This document shows positions 35,095 to 44,280 of a stretch of DNA of 64,000 nt, one piece after another. Position 1 is the first letter of the stretch, and every line of letters begins with the position of its first letter. Where the stretch lies: IMG/VR virus record IMGVR_UViG_3300032216_000918. One strand, written 5' to 3'. This DNA comes from an uncultured virus (IMG/VR IMGVR_UViG_3300032216_000918). Its lineage: Duplodnaviria; Heunggongvirae; Uroviricota; Caudoviricetes. The notes under the pieces were generated by a model. That model saw only the letters and a program-made list of their open reading frames with translations. It did not search any database and was not told where the DNA came from. Both the position numbers and the translations under genes were made by a program.

Positions 35095-36543
35095 ATGTTT
35101 GGCAAACAGGCTATATCCTCTAGACCATTTGTTGGGAGCGAGTTTAATACATATAGCCTAGCAATACTAGAAGCTTTTGTAATAGCAAGCATACAAGCAT
35201 CACAAGCAAATTTTAATTCTAGTAACACAGAATCTTTCACTGCAGCCGAAGCAGAATCTGTACAAGCAAATTTTAATTCTAGTGCAACAGAACTTATTAC
35301 ATCTGCTGAAACTGAAACTGCACAAGTCAACTTTGCTTCCTCTATTGCGGAACCACTAACTTCAGCTGAAACTGAAACTGCGCAGGCCAACTTTGCTTCT
35401 TCTATTACTGAACCGCTAACTGCAGCCGAAACAGAATCTGTACAAGCAAATTTTAATTCTAGTGCAACAGAGCCAATAACCTCCTCTGAAGCAGAATCTG
35501 TACAAGCTAACTTCAATAGTGATATAACCGAGCCATTTACAATAGCCGACAGTAGCAGTGCAGTGTATTTAATATCTGTATCTATTACAGAAACGCTTAC
35601 ATCTGCTGAAGTTCAATTTTTATCTACTGTTTTATCCGCAGCAGCTACTGAAGCTCTTACAGCTGGTGATGTTCAATCAGCGCTTTCTGTATTTACTGCT
35701 ACTCAAACAGAACCTACAACTCTTGCAGATACCCAGTCAGTTTCGGCTATTTTTGCTGTATCAAGAAACGAAGACTCTACTTTAGCGGATATTCAGTCGG
35801 TTATTGGGACATTCTTAAGCAGCATTGTAGAAAGCCTAAACAGTGCCGATATAGCCGCTGTAGTTCAAATAAATAATGTAACTGCCACAGAATCCTCAAC
35901 ACTGCTTAGTATAGAGAGCGCTTATAAGTCTTATGATGTAGTTGGGGCTGAGCCAATTACAATGGCGGATGTAGAAAGCGTAATTAAATCCCTATTTGCT
36001 GATAGAACTGAACCGCTAACCTCTGCTGAAACCGAGTCTACTCAGGTTAACTTTAACGCCAGTAACACCGAACCAACTACTGTATCTGAATCTGAGTCAA
36101 CCCAAGCTAACTTTAACGTCAGCAATACAGAGCCGACTACATTAGCAGACTCTAATAATGCTATTAAAACCCTAGTTTCTGCGATAACCGAAGCCCTTAG
36201 CAACGGGGATATATCCTCAGCAACTGCTATTTTTGTAGGAAACTTAACTGAAAACTTTACAGCGGCTGACTTTTTGTCAGTTCAAGCCAACTTTAACGCC
36301 AATTTAATTGAAAATCTGGTAATATTAGACCTACCGATTGGGCGTGGTTGGTTTGCAATTGTTGACAACCAGACTGTTGTTTGGAACCCTGTAGATAATG
36401 GGCAAACTTCAACTTGGGCATCTGTAAATAATGGACAAACGGCAACGTGGTCTTCAGTAAATAACGGGCAAACAGTAACGTGGCAAAATATTGGGGACGA
36501 CCAAAACCCAAATTGGCAGCGTATAGATAATACGCAAGAATAA
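35095..36543 (+). CDS. Repeat-rich tail protein (20-aa repeats, C-terminal 11-aa Trp repeats)
   Basis: (S/T)xQANFxSSxTEPxTxAExE repeats; W..V.NGQT repeats. Confidence 0.7.
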   Translation: MFGKQAISSRPFVGSEFNTYSLAILEAFVIASIQASQANFNSSNTESFTAAEAESVQANFNSSATELITSAETETAQVNFASSIAEPLTSAETETAQANFASSITEPLTAAETESVQANFNSSATEPITSSEAESVQANFNSDITEPFTIADSSSAVYLISVSITETLTSAEVQFLSTVLSAAATEALTAGDVQSALSVFTATQTEPTTLADTQSVSAIFAVSRNEDSTLADIQSVIGTFLSSIVESLNSADIAAVVQINNVTATESSTLLSIESAYKSYDVVGAEPITMADVESVIKSLFADRTEPLTSAETESTQVNFNASNTEPTTVSESESTQANFNVSNTEPTTLADSNNAIKTLVSAITEALSNGDISSATAIFVGNLTENFTAADFLSVQANFNANLIENLVILDLPIGRGWFAIVDNQTVVWNPVDNGQTSTWASVNNGQTATWSSVNNGQTVTWQNIGDDQNPNWQRIDNTQE

Positions 36544-36553
36544 AGGATAGAGC

Positions 36554-38170
36554 ATGTCAAGTACATACACAACTAGTCTAAAAATCCAAGAAATTGGTAA
36601 CGGCGAACAGTCCGGTATTTGGGGTTCTACAACTAATACTAACTGGACTTTGATTGAGCAAGCGGTAGCCGGTGTTCAGACTGTTACTATGGCAAACTCA
36701 AACCGTACTCTGACTGACCTAAACGGTCTTTTGGATGAAGCTCGTAATATGGTGCTTATCATAAACGGTACAAATTCAGGCATTTACCAAGTAGTTGCCC
36801 CACTAGTTTCTAAGCTGTATGTTATTTCTAACCAGACTACTGGCGGATATGCTATTACTATTGGCGCTTCTTCGGGGTCAATCGTAACTATCCCTAACGG
36901 AGTTACTGTCCAAGTTTATTGCGATGGGGTTACAGGGTTTTATTACGCCCAAACCGGCTCTGCTGGTAACTTTATTGTCAATGGTACTTTAACTGCTACT
37001 GGGGTAACCGATACAGGAAATATGAGCGTTAGTGGTACTCTAACCACAAGCAACGACGCTTCTATATCAGGTCTTACTGTTGGTAAGGGTGGTGGTAGTG
37101 TTGGTAGTAATAGCGCTTTTGGTCTTAGTGCTTTATTAGCAAATACAACAGGTGCTAGTTCAACCGCAGTAGGCTATCAAGCAAGTGCTACTAATACAAC
37201 AGGTGCTAATTTAACGGCGGTGGGCTATCAGGCACTTGTAAACAACACCACCGCTTCCAATAACACCGCAGTAGGCTACCAAGCTGGTTACTCTAATACA
37301 ACTGGTACAGATTTAGTTGCTATTGGCTATCAAGCTGGTTATGGAAATAGCACAGGCAATTATAACACCGCAGTAGGTCGTAGTTCATTACAATCAAATA
37401 GCACAGGTTTTTCAAATAGCGCATTTGGCTATGCTTCTTTAATATCAAATTCTACAGGTACTAATAATACAGGTCTTGGTTTTCAATCCCTTAATTACAA
37501 TAGCACCGCATCTAACAACACCGCAGTCGGTTATCAGGCTGGGTATTACATTACTACTGGGGCTAAAAATACTATTCTTGGTGGTTTTAACGGCAACCAA
37601 GGCGGTCTAGACATCCGTACATCAAGCAATAATATTGTACTATCTGATGGTGATGGTAATCCTAGAGTTGTTTGTGATAGCAACGGTATTGTTACTGGAC
37701 AATCAGGCAACTTAATGCTTGTTAGCGGTACTGCACAGGCTTCTACAAGTGGCACGAGCATAGACTTTACTGGTATACCTAGTTGGGTTAAACGAATTAC
37801 TGTAATGTTCAACGGGGTTTCAACAAATGGTACAAGCGCAGTAAGAATACAACTAGGTTCAGGTTCAGCACAAACAACGGGATATGTAACTTGTTTTCAA
37901 GCTGGCACTACTGGTTATGGGCCAACAAGTGCTGGTTTTGATATTTCGGCTTTTATAAGTGCATCTGATACAAGATATGGGGTTATCTCTTTTGTTTTAA
38001 TAACAGGAAATAATTGGGTAGGTTCAGGGATATTTTCTCAAGGAACAAATTTAGCTGGTATATCAACTGGTAGCGTTGCTTTATCAGGAATTTTAGACAG
38101 AGTTCGCATCACCACAGTAAACGGCACAGATACTTTTGATGCTGGCTCAATTAATATTTTGTACGAATAA
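36554..38170 (+). CDS. Tail fibre protein
   Basis: G...G.WG..TN.N N-terminus; 14-aa NTAVGYQA repeats; C-terminal SIDFTGIPSW...FDAGSINI.YE domain. Confidence 0.8.
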   Translation: MSSTYTTSLKIQEIGNGEQSGIWGSTTNTNWTLIEQAVAGVQTVTMANSNRTLTDLNGLLDEARNMVLIINGTNSGIYQVVAPLVSKLYVISNQTTGGYAITIGASSGSIVTIPNGVTVQVYCDGVTGFYYAQTGSAGNFIVNGTLTATGVTDTGNMSVSGTLTTSNDASISGLTVGKGGGSVGSNSAFGLSALLANTTGASSTAVGYQASATNTTGANLTAVGYQALVNNTTASNNTAVGYQAGYSNTTGTDLVAIGYQAGYGNSTGNYNTAVGRSSLQSNSTGFSNSAFGYASLISNSTGTNNTGLGFQSLNYNSTASNNTAVGYQAGYYITTGAKNTILGGFNGNQGGLDIRTSSNNIVLSDGDGNPRVVCDSNGIVTGQSGNLMLVSGTAQASTSGTSIDFTGIPSWVKRITVMFNGVSTNGTSAVRIQLGSGSAQTTGYVTCFQAGTTGYGPTSAGFDISAFISASDTRYGVISFVLITGNNWVGSGIFSQGTNLAGISTGSVALSGILDRVRITTVNGTDTFDAGSINILYE

Positions 38171-38179
38171 GGATAGACT

Positions 38180-38398
38180 ATGGCACAATTTACAATTCCA
38201 GGCGATACAAGTGGTACCCTTGCTTTAGCGGCTCCAAATGCTGCGGGTACTACAACAATTACTTTTCCTGCGGTGTCTGGTAATGCATTAGCTTCTACGG
38301 CTGTGTCTTCATCATCTACAAATACAGTAACTAATAAAATTGCGGTTAATATTGGCGGTACAGTATATTACCTCCTAGCATCTACATCAGGAACCTAA
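38180..38398 (+). CDS. Short fibre-like protein
   Basis: GDTSG..L.AP..AG..T.T.P motif. Confidence 0.55.
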   Translation: MAQFTIPGDTSGTLALAAPNAAGTTTITFPAVSGNALASTAVSSSSTNTVTNKIAVNIGGTVYYLLASTSGT

Positions 38399-38399
38399 T

Positions 38400-39269
38400 A
38401 TGGCAACTACTTTAAACGCTGGTACGACAACGGCAACATCGCTAAGCATCACTACAGATACTTCTGGGGCAATGGCTATTCAGACTAGTGGCACAACTGC
38501 AATTTCTATTAGCTCTTCACAAGCGGTTACTTTAACAAACCCGCTCCCTGCTGGTTCTGGTGGTACAGGAATTACTTCTTTAGGTTCCGGCGTTGCTACA
38601 TTTTTAGGTACACCGAGCTCCGCTAATTTAGCTGCAGCTTTAACAGATGAAACAGGCACAGGCTCCGCAGTATTTTCCGCATCGCCAACTTTTACTGGCA
38701 CCCCATTAGCCCCAACAGCAGCGGCAGGAACTAATACAACGCAAGTGGCTACAACCGCTTTTGTTACTACTGCAGTTGCAGCGGTAATTCCTGCTGGTTC
38801 AGTAATGCTATTTTATCAAGCTGCTGCGCCTACTGGCTGGACACAAGTAACGACCCTTAATGACTACGACTTGCGTTTAGTATCTGGTACAGGTGGTGGA
38901 ACAGGAGGCACAACGGCTTATTCAACGGTATTTGCAAACCAGACTGTATCAACTACTGTAAGCGGAACAACTGGAGCGACTACATTGTCTACGGCACAAA
39001 TGCCAAGTCATTCACACCAAGAGTATTCTATTTCGTTCTTTTACACCGTCGACCCAAGTAATTCTCCAACGGACGGAGTTAGTAGGTCAGCAATATATAG
39101 TAGTTGCGGAAATAATTTTTATCCTTATGGCAGCATACCAACTTATAACTATACAGGTGGTGCTGGTGGTGGCAGTTCGCATACTCACAGCTTTTCTGGT
39201 TCTGGTACTTCATCAGCCGTTACTCTTAACGTGCGCTACGCTAACATTATTATTTGTTCGAAAAATTAA
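38400..39269 (+). CDS. Short tail fibre with collar-like domain
   Basis: SPTFTGTP.APT...TQ.ATTAFV; P.G.VM.F...PTGW; LS.AQMPSHSH. Confidence 0.75.
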   Translation: MATTLNAGTTTATSLSITTDTSGAMAIQTSGTTAISISSSQAVTLTNPLPAGSGGTGITSLGSGVATFLGTPSSANLAAALTDETGTGSAVFSASPTFTGTPLAPTAAAGTNTTQVATTAFVTTAVAAVIPAGSVMLFYQAAAPTGWTQVTTLNDYDLRLVSGTGGGTGGTTAYSTVFANQTVSTTVSGTTGATTLSTAQMPSHSHQEYSISFFYTVDPSNSPTDGVSRSAIYSSCGNNFYPYGSIPTYNYTGGAGGGSSHTHSFSGSGTSSAVTLNVRYANIIICSKN

Positions 39270-39584
39270 ATGAAAATTGAACCTAAAGCAAATTGCCCAT
39301 TAAATAACTTTGAGCCTTGTAAGCAGCTTGATTGCGCTTGGTTTATCGAAATTCATGGCACACACCCTAACACTGGAGAACCTCTTAAAGACTGGGGTTG
39401 CTCTATGGCTATGATGCCAATGATGCTTATTGAAAATGCTCGCCAACAACACAGCACTGCAGCGGCGGTTGAATCATTTAGAAATGAGATGGTTAAGTCT
39501 AATGAGACAAGTCAAAAAGTATTGTTGGCAGCTGCAAATATACCGCAACAAATGCACACTTTAATTTTGGAGAATGAAAAATGA
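39270..39584 (+). CDS. Conserved Cys-containing phage protein
   Basis: CPL...C...CAWF...G.HP.TG...WGC...AAVESFRNEM. Confidence 0.6.
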   Translation: MKIEPKANCPLNNFEPCKQLDCAWFIEIHGTHPNTGEPLKDWGCSMAMMPMMLIENARQQHSTAAAVESFRNEMVKSNETSQKVLLAAANIPQQMHTLILENEK

Positions 39585-39877
39585 GATTAACAATTATTCC
39601 TAGCGATTCTTTTGTAGCAGTAGATGGGGATAGTTCACACCGTCCGTTGGATTTATCTACTTGCGGAATACCACAAAATGTTCACGCTTTGCAGTGGTAT
39701 GAAATAGAAGGTGAAATTGAGTTTATTGATAACCCAGATAGAACAAAACCGCAAAATGAAGTAATAACTGCTTTACCAACTTGGGCAGAAGCTTGTGTTT
39801 TAGTTTGGATGCAATGGACTCCACCTACCTCAACAACTCAAGCACAACCAGCAACAACTGGAACACAACCCGCATGA
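39581..39877 (+). CDS. Hypothetical tail-associated protein
   Basis: VHALQW...GEIE motif. Confidence 0.55.
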   Translation: MRLTIIPSDSFVAVDGDSSHRPLDLSTCGIPQNVHALQWYEIEGEIEFIDNPDRTKPQNEVITALPTWAEACVLVWMQWTPPTSTTQAQPATTGTQPA

Positions 39878-40152
39878 TTAATTTAGCTCCAAGACATTCT
39901 TTTACCTACGATGGCGCACAGCTTAATGTGTATCACGCTAATATTGGTGAAGGATTATCTAGGCATGAACATACATACAGCCACGCAACAATGTGCAACA
40001 GTGGCTCTTGTTTAGTTAGTCTTGAAGGGCGAAATTACACCATAGATAAAAACTCACAGCCGTTAAATTTACCAGCTAATGAATGGCATGAAATAGAAGC
40101 GTTAGAAGACAATACAGTATTTGTTAACGTATTTGCAGAAGGGAAATATTAA
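39874..40152 (+). CDS. Cupin-fold protein (start MINLAP)
   Basis: HEH...H...G and P.NEWHEIEALEDNT cupin motifs. Confidence 0.75.
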   Translation: MINLAPRHSFTYDGAQLNVYHANIGEGLSRHEHTYSHATMCNSGSCLVSLEGRNYTIDKNSQPLNLPANEWHEIEALEDNTVFVNVFAEGKY

Positions 40153-40153
40153 T

Positions 40154-40372
40154 ATGGATTTTAAATTTGGAATCGTTTGGTTGTTTGACAAGTTAGGTTA
40201 TATGCCTAAGATTGATATGGAAGTTGGCAAGGTAAAGATTGATACGCAATCTCCTGAGTTTAAAATGTGGCCTTTTCCTGTAGAAGAACCAAAGCCAGCG
40301 ACTAAGAAAAAACCAACGGCTAAAAAGCCTGCTCTTAAAAAAGCTACTACTCGTAAGCCTAAAGCAAAATGA
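40154..40372 (+). CDS. Small protein with basic histone-like tail
   Basis: WPFP followed by KKP(T/A) repeats. Confidence 0.5.
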   Translation: MDFKFGIVWLFDKLGYMPKIDMEVGKVKIDTQSPEFKMWPFPVEEPKPATKKKPTAKKPALKKATTRKPKAK

Positions 40373-40866
40373 ACTGGCTTGAACAAATTGCTCCTACTAT
40401 TGCTACTTGCCTTGGTGGTCCCTTGGCTGGTTTGGCTGTTACTGCTTTAAGTAAGTTATTTGGCGTTGCGCCTGATGATGTTAAAGGCATGATTGAAGAC
40501 GGCAAACTTTCTGCTGAGCAGATTGAGGCGGTTAAAGTAGAAGAAATTAAATTTAAAGAACAGACCCAAGCGCTTGGATTAAACTTTGAGCAGTTGGCGG
40601 TAGATGATAGAAAGTCTGCACGGGCAATGCAGTCCGAGACTAAGTCGGGTGTACCAGCGATTCTTTCCTACGCTATTACTATTGGGTTCTTTGGGATATT
40701 AGCTGCTATTATGCTTGACTATGCTAAAGAAAATAACCAGCCACTTTTAATTATGCTTGGCTCTTTGGGTACAGCTTGGGTGTCAGTTGTTTCGTTTTGG
40801 TTTGGCTCTACTAATGCAAGCCATGTTAAAGATGATATGCTGTATCACTCTACCCCTACAAAATGA
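40369..40866 (+). CDS. Holin (3TM, GTA-holin-like)
   Basis: APT.AT.LGGP; DRKSAR; two C-terminal TM helices ending FWFGS; adjacent to endolysin. Confidence 0.7.
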   Translation: MNWLEQIAPTIATCLGGPLAGLAVTALSKLFGVAPDDVKGMIEDGKLSAEQIEAVKVEEIKFKEQTQALGLNFEQLAVDDRKSARAMQSETKSGVPAILSYAITIGFFGILAAIMLDYAKENNQPLLIMLGSLGTAWVSVVSFWFGSTNASHVKDDMLYHSTPTK

Positions 40867-41306
40867 GTCCCAATTTAAAAGCGTTTCTTGATATGATTGC
40901 AGTATCTGAAGGTACTAAGGGGAGAGGCAACGATGGTTATAATGTCATTGTGGGTGGGTCTTTGTTTACTGATTATTCGGACCATCCAAAAAAGCTTATT
41001 TGGATACGAGATGGTTTAGCTTCTACAGCAGCTGGGCGTTATCAGTTGCTAGGCAGGTATTGGAGTGTTTATAAAAAGCAATTAAACTTGCAAGACTTTT
41101 CCCCAGCGTCACAAGATGCAGTAGCTATACAGCAGATTAAAGAACGCAAAGCATTAGATGATATTGAAAAAGGCTACATTGCTGTGGCTATTGATAAGTG
41201 CAAGAATATCTGGGCTTCATTGCCTGGCGCTGGTTATGGACAGCATGAAAATAAAATTGAAACACTATTAGCAGCATATAAAACTGCTGGCGGCACAGTA
41301 GCCTAG
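40863..41306 (+). CDS. Endolysin, lambda R-type lytic transglycosylase
   Basis: AFLDMIAVSEGT, STAAGRYQLL, FSP.SQD and IWASLPGAGYGQ. Confidence 0.92.
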   Translation: MSPNLKAFLDMIAVSEGTKGRGNDGYNVIVGGSLFTDYSDHPKKLIWIRDGLASTAAGRYQLLGRYWSVYKKQLNLQDFSPASQDAVAIQQIKERKALDDIEKGYIAVAIDKCKNIWASLPGAGYGQHENKIETLLAAYKTAGGTVA

Positions 41307-41314
41307 GATAAAAA

Positions 41315-43939
41315 ATGCCATTACAAAAACTACAATTTAGACCTGGCTTAAACCGTGAAGGTACTGATTATTCTAATGAAGGCGGTTGGTATGACGGAAA
41401 TAAGATTCGTTTTCGTTCTGGCTTTCCTGAAAAGATTGGGGGTTGGACGCAGTTATCTGGATACCAATTTAATGGCGTGTGTCGTTCAATATGGATTTGG
41501 CAAGACGGCGACTCTGGAGTAGGCAATCAATATATTGGTCTAGGTACTAATACTAAGTACTACATTTTTTTTGGCGGTGTATATAACGATATTACTCCAA
41601 TTTACCAAACAAACACGCTTACAAACCCATTTACTACAACTTCTGGTTCTACTACTGTTACAGTAACTGATGGGTCGCGTCAACCTAGTATTGGCGACTT
41701 TGTATATTTTTCTGGTGGGTCTATAGTAGGTGGTGTTTTTATTAGTGGTGATTACGTAGTTACAGATGTGCTATCCACTACTCAATATACTATTACGGCG
41801 ACTCAAACAGCGACAGCAAGTACTACTGGTGGCGGTACAGTTACTGCTCAATATGAGTATCCCACAGGCGGCGCTGTTTACTCTGTTGGCGGCGGTTGGG
41901 GTGCACCTCCTTGGGGTGGTGTTGCTCCAGCAATTGCATACGCACTACCAATTAATCCATTTAGTATAAACACAGGGAGCAATATAGTAACGGTTAACCA
42001 GCCTAATCATGGACTTACAGCAGGAAAATACGTGGCTTACTCTGGAGTTACTACCGTAACTAGCCCCTCCGTTACGTATCTATTTACCCCCGGAGCCTAT
42101 AAATTAACTTCGGGAGCTTATAGCTTATCTGGCGTCACTTTTGATTCACTAGGCGCCAATTATTTAAATGGTACCTTTACAGTTAATAGCGTTATAGACG
42201 CAAATACATACACCATTGTTGTGCAAAAAACAGTAATAGCTAATTTATCTGGGGGCGGAGGTTCTGTAATTGCTTACGAACAATCTGGTAGCCAAGGTTG
42301 GGGCGTGGGGTATTCGTCTGGTATTGGAACGCAGCTTCGTCTTTGGTCTAATGATAACTATGGCGCCGACCTTGTAATTGCACCTCGTGGCGGACCAGTA
42401 TTTTATTGGCAAGATAACGGTACTGTTAGTAATCGCGCTCAATATTTAAGCACTATAGCAAATCAAACAACAGCCTTAACTGATAACTCTACATTTGGGG
42501 CAGCTGTAACGGCTGGGGCATTTGTTGTTGGGCAGCAATATGTAATTCTTACGGTTGGCACAACTAACTTTACTTTAATTGGGGCTGCTTCTAATACAGT
42601 AGGGGTTACATTTACTGCTACTGGTGTTGGTACTGGAACTGGCACAGCTGCATTACTTCAAAGCTACATCACTGTTAGTGCGGCTAATGCGCCATATATC
42701 TATCCTTACATGGTTATAACTGGAACTAATTTACCAGCAAACACGCAAGTTGCTTCAACATATATTACAGGCGCTACAACAGTTCCAATTACTACAGTTA
42801 CTACCGGGACTAGCTCGGGCGCATATAGTTTTTCTTATGCGGGTGCATATGTACCAAGTTCAACATACCAAGTAATTGCTTCATCTATCCAAGAATTTAT
42901 TATTACCTTTGGTTCTGAACCCTATGTTCCTGGTAATGCTAACCAAGCGTTTAACCCAATGTTAGTTCGCTGGTCAGACCAAGGCAATGCGTATCAATGG
43001 ATACCACAATTAACAAACCAGTCTGGTGAATACTTGCTAACTAGCGGCTCATTTATTATGGGAGCCCGCACAACACGCCAAGAAATTTTAGTTTGGACCG
43101 ATTCTTGTATTTATTCAATGCAGTATTTGGGTGCTCCGTATGTCTGGGGTTTCCAAGTATTGATGGACAATATTTCTGTAATGTCCCCTAACTCCATGAT
43201 TACAATTAACAACGTGACCTACTGGATGGGGCGCGACCGTTTCTATATGTACTCTGGTCGAGTTGAAGTTCTTCCTTGTTCATTGCGCCAGTATATTTTT
43301 GCAGATATTAACCAAAACCAAGCCTATCAAGTATTTGCTGGCGCTAACGAAGCGTTTAACGAAGTATGGTGGTATTACTGCTCTGGCGATTCTACAACGG
43401 TAGACAAGTATATTATCTACAATTACTTAGACCGTGTTTGGTATTATGGAACTTTGGGGCGCACTGCCTGGTTACAGACAGGTACTCAACAGTATCCTGT
43501 TGCTGCCGATTATAACGGCAGACTGCTTTACCATGAAAACGGCTGCGATGACTTATCAACTTCTACTACGCTTCCTATATATGCTTATGTACAGTCTTCC
43601 GATTTTGATATTGGGGATGGGCATAACTTTGGTTTTGTTTGGAGAATCCTGCCTGACGTTAACTTTAATGGCTCTACTACAAATGAACCAAGTGTTACGA
43701 TGACCGTAAAGCCCCGCCAAAACTCAGGCACACCATACGGACAAGCAGATAGCCCACAAGTTACTAGCGCCCAAAACTATACAAACGTACCACAATATAC
43801 AGTACAAGAATTTACAGGTCAGGTTTATACACGACTACGGGGCCGCCAGATGAGCTTTAGAATTGAATCAACTGGAGTTGGGGTGGCTTGGCAGTTAGGT
43901 AGCCCACGTATTGATATAAGACCTGATGGGCGCAGATAA
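41315..43939 (+). CDS. Tail hub / DNA stabilization protein (P22 gp10 / T7 gp12-like)
   Basis: RFR.G.PEKIGGW, VRWSDQ and EVWW.Y; beta-propeller-like; position before ejection genes. Confidence 0.7.
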   Translation: MPLQKLQFRPGLNREGTDYSNEGGWYDGNKIRFRSGFPEKIGGWTQLSGYQFNGVCRSIWIWQDGDSGVGNQYIGLGTNTKYYIFFGGVYNDITPIYQTNTLTNPFTTTSGSTTVTVTDGSRQPSIGDFVYFSGGSIVGGVFISGDYVVTDVLSTTQYTITATQTATASTTGGGTVTAQYEYPTGGAVYSVGGGWGAPPWGGVAPAIAYALPINPFSINTGSNIVTVNQPNHGLTAGKYVAYSGVTTVTSPSVTYLFTPGAYKLTSGAYSLSGVTFDSLGANYLNGTFTVNSVIDANTYTIVVQKTVIANLSGGGGSVIAYEQSGSQGWGVGYSSGIGTQLRLWSNDNYGADLVIAPRGGPVFYWQDNGTVSNRAQYLSTIANQTTALTDNSTFGAAVTAGAFVVGQQYVILTVGTTNFTLIGAASNTVGVTFTATGVGTGTGTAALLQSYITVSAANAPYIYPYMVITGTNLPANTQVASTYITGATTVPITTVTTGTSSGAYSFSYAGAYVPSSTYQVIASSIQEFIITFGSEPYVPGNANQAFNPMLVRWSDQGNAYQWIPQLTNQSGEYLLTSGSFIMGARTTRQEILVWTDSCIYSMQYLGAPYVWGFQVLMDNISVMSPNSMITINNVTYWMGRDRFYMYSGRVEVLPCSLRQYIFADINQNQAYQVFAGANEAFNEVWWYYCSGDSTTVDKYIIYNYLDRVWYYGTLGRTAWLQTGTQQYPVAADYNGRLLYHENGCDDLSTSTTLPIYAYVQSSDFDIGDGHNFGFVWRILPDVNFNGSTTNEPSVTMTVKPRQNSGTPYGQADSPQVTSAQNYTNVPQYTVQEFTGQVYTRLRGRQMSFRIESTGVGVAWQLGSPRIDIRPDGRR

Positions 43940-44247
43940 TGGCTAATATTCCAATAAAAATTGCGGCTCCCCGCCCATCAAAAGCTCCTAACTTGTTGAT
44001 TGCGCCAGTAGACTATACACAGGCCTATCAAGACCAGATGAATAACGCTTTGCGTCTTTACTTTAACCAGATTGATAGCTTTTCCCAAGCCATAGCAATA
44101 CCCGATTCTGGTACTAAAGCGCAAAGACCCGTAGATAATTTGCAAATTGGACAGCAGTTTTTTGATACTAGTTTAAATTCTGGGGTTGGTTTGCCTATTT
44201 GGTGGACAGGAACAAAATGGATAAACGCTAGTGGAACGGCAGTTTAA
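43939..44247 (+). CDS. Hypothetical tail protein
   Basis: AP..Y......LRLYF; G...FDT.L..PIWW.G..W. Confidence 0.55.
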   Translation: MANIPIKIAAPRPSKAPNLLIAPVDYTQAYQDQMNNALRLYFNQIDSFSQAIAIPDSGTKAQRPVDNLQIGQQFFDTSLNSGVGLPIWWTGTKWINASGTAV

Positions 44248-44280
44248 GTGATAAAATCAGGAAAAAGTAAAGGATAAATT

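Noticed and set aside
32548..39269. Diversity-generating retroelement or invertible fibre cassette
   Set aside because: No reverse transcriptase or invertase, and no adenine-variant template/variable repeat pair seen
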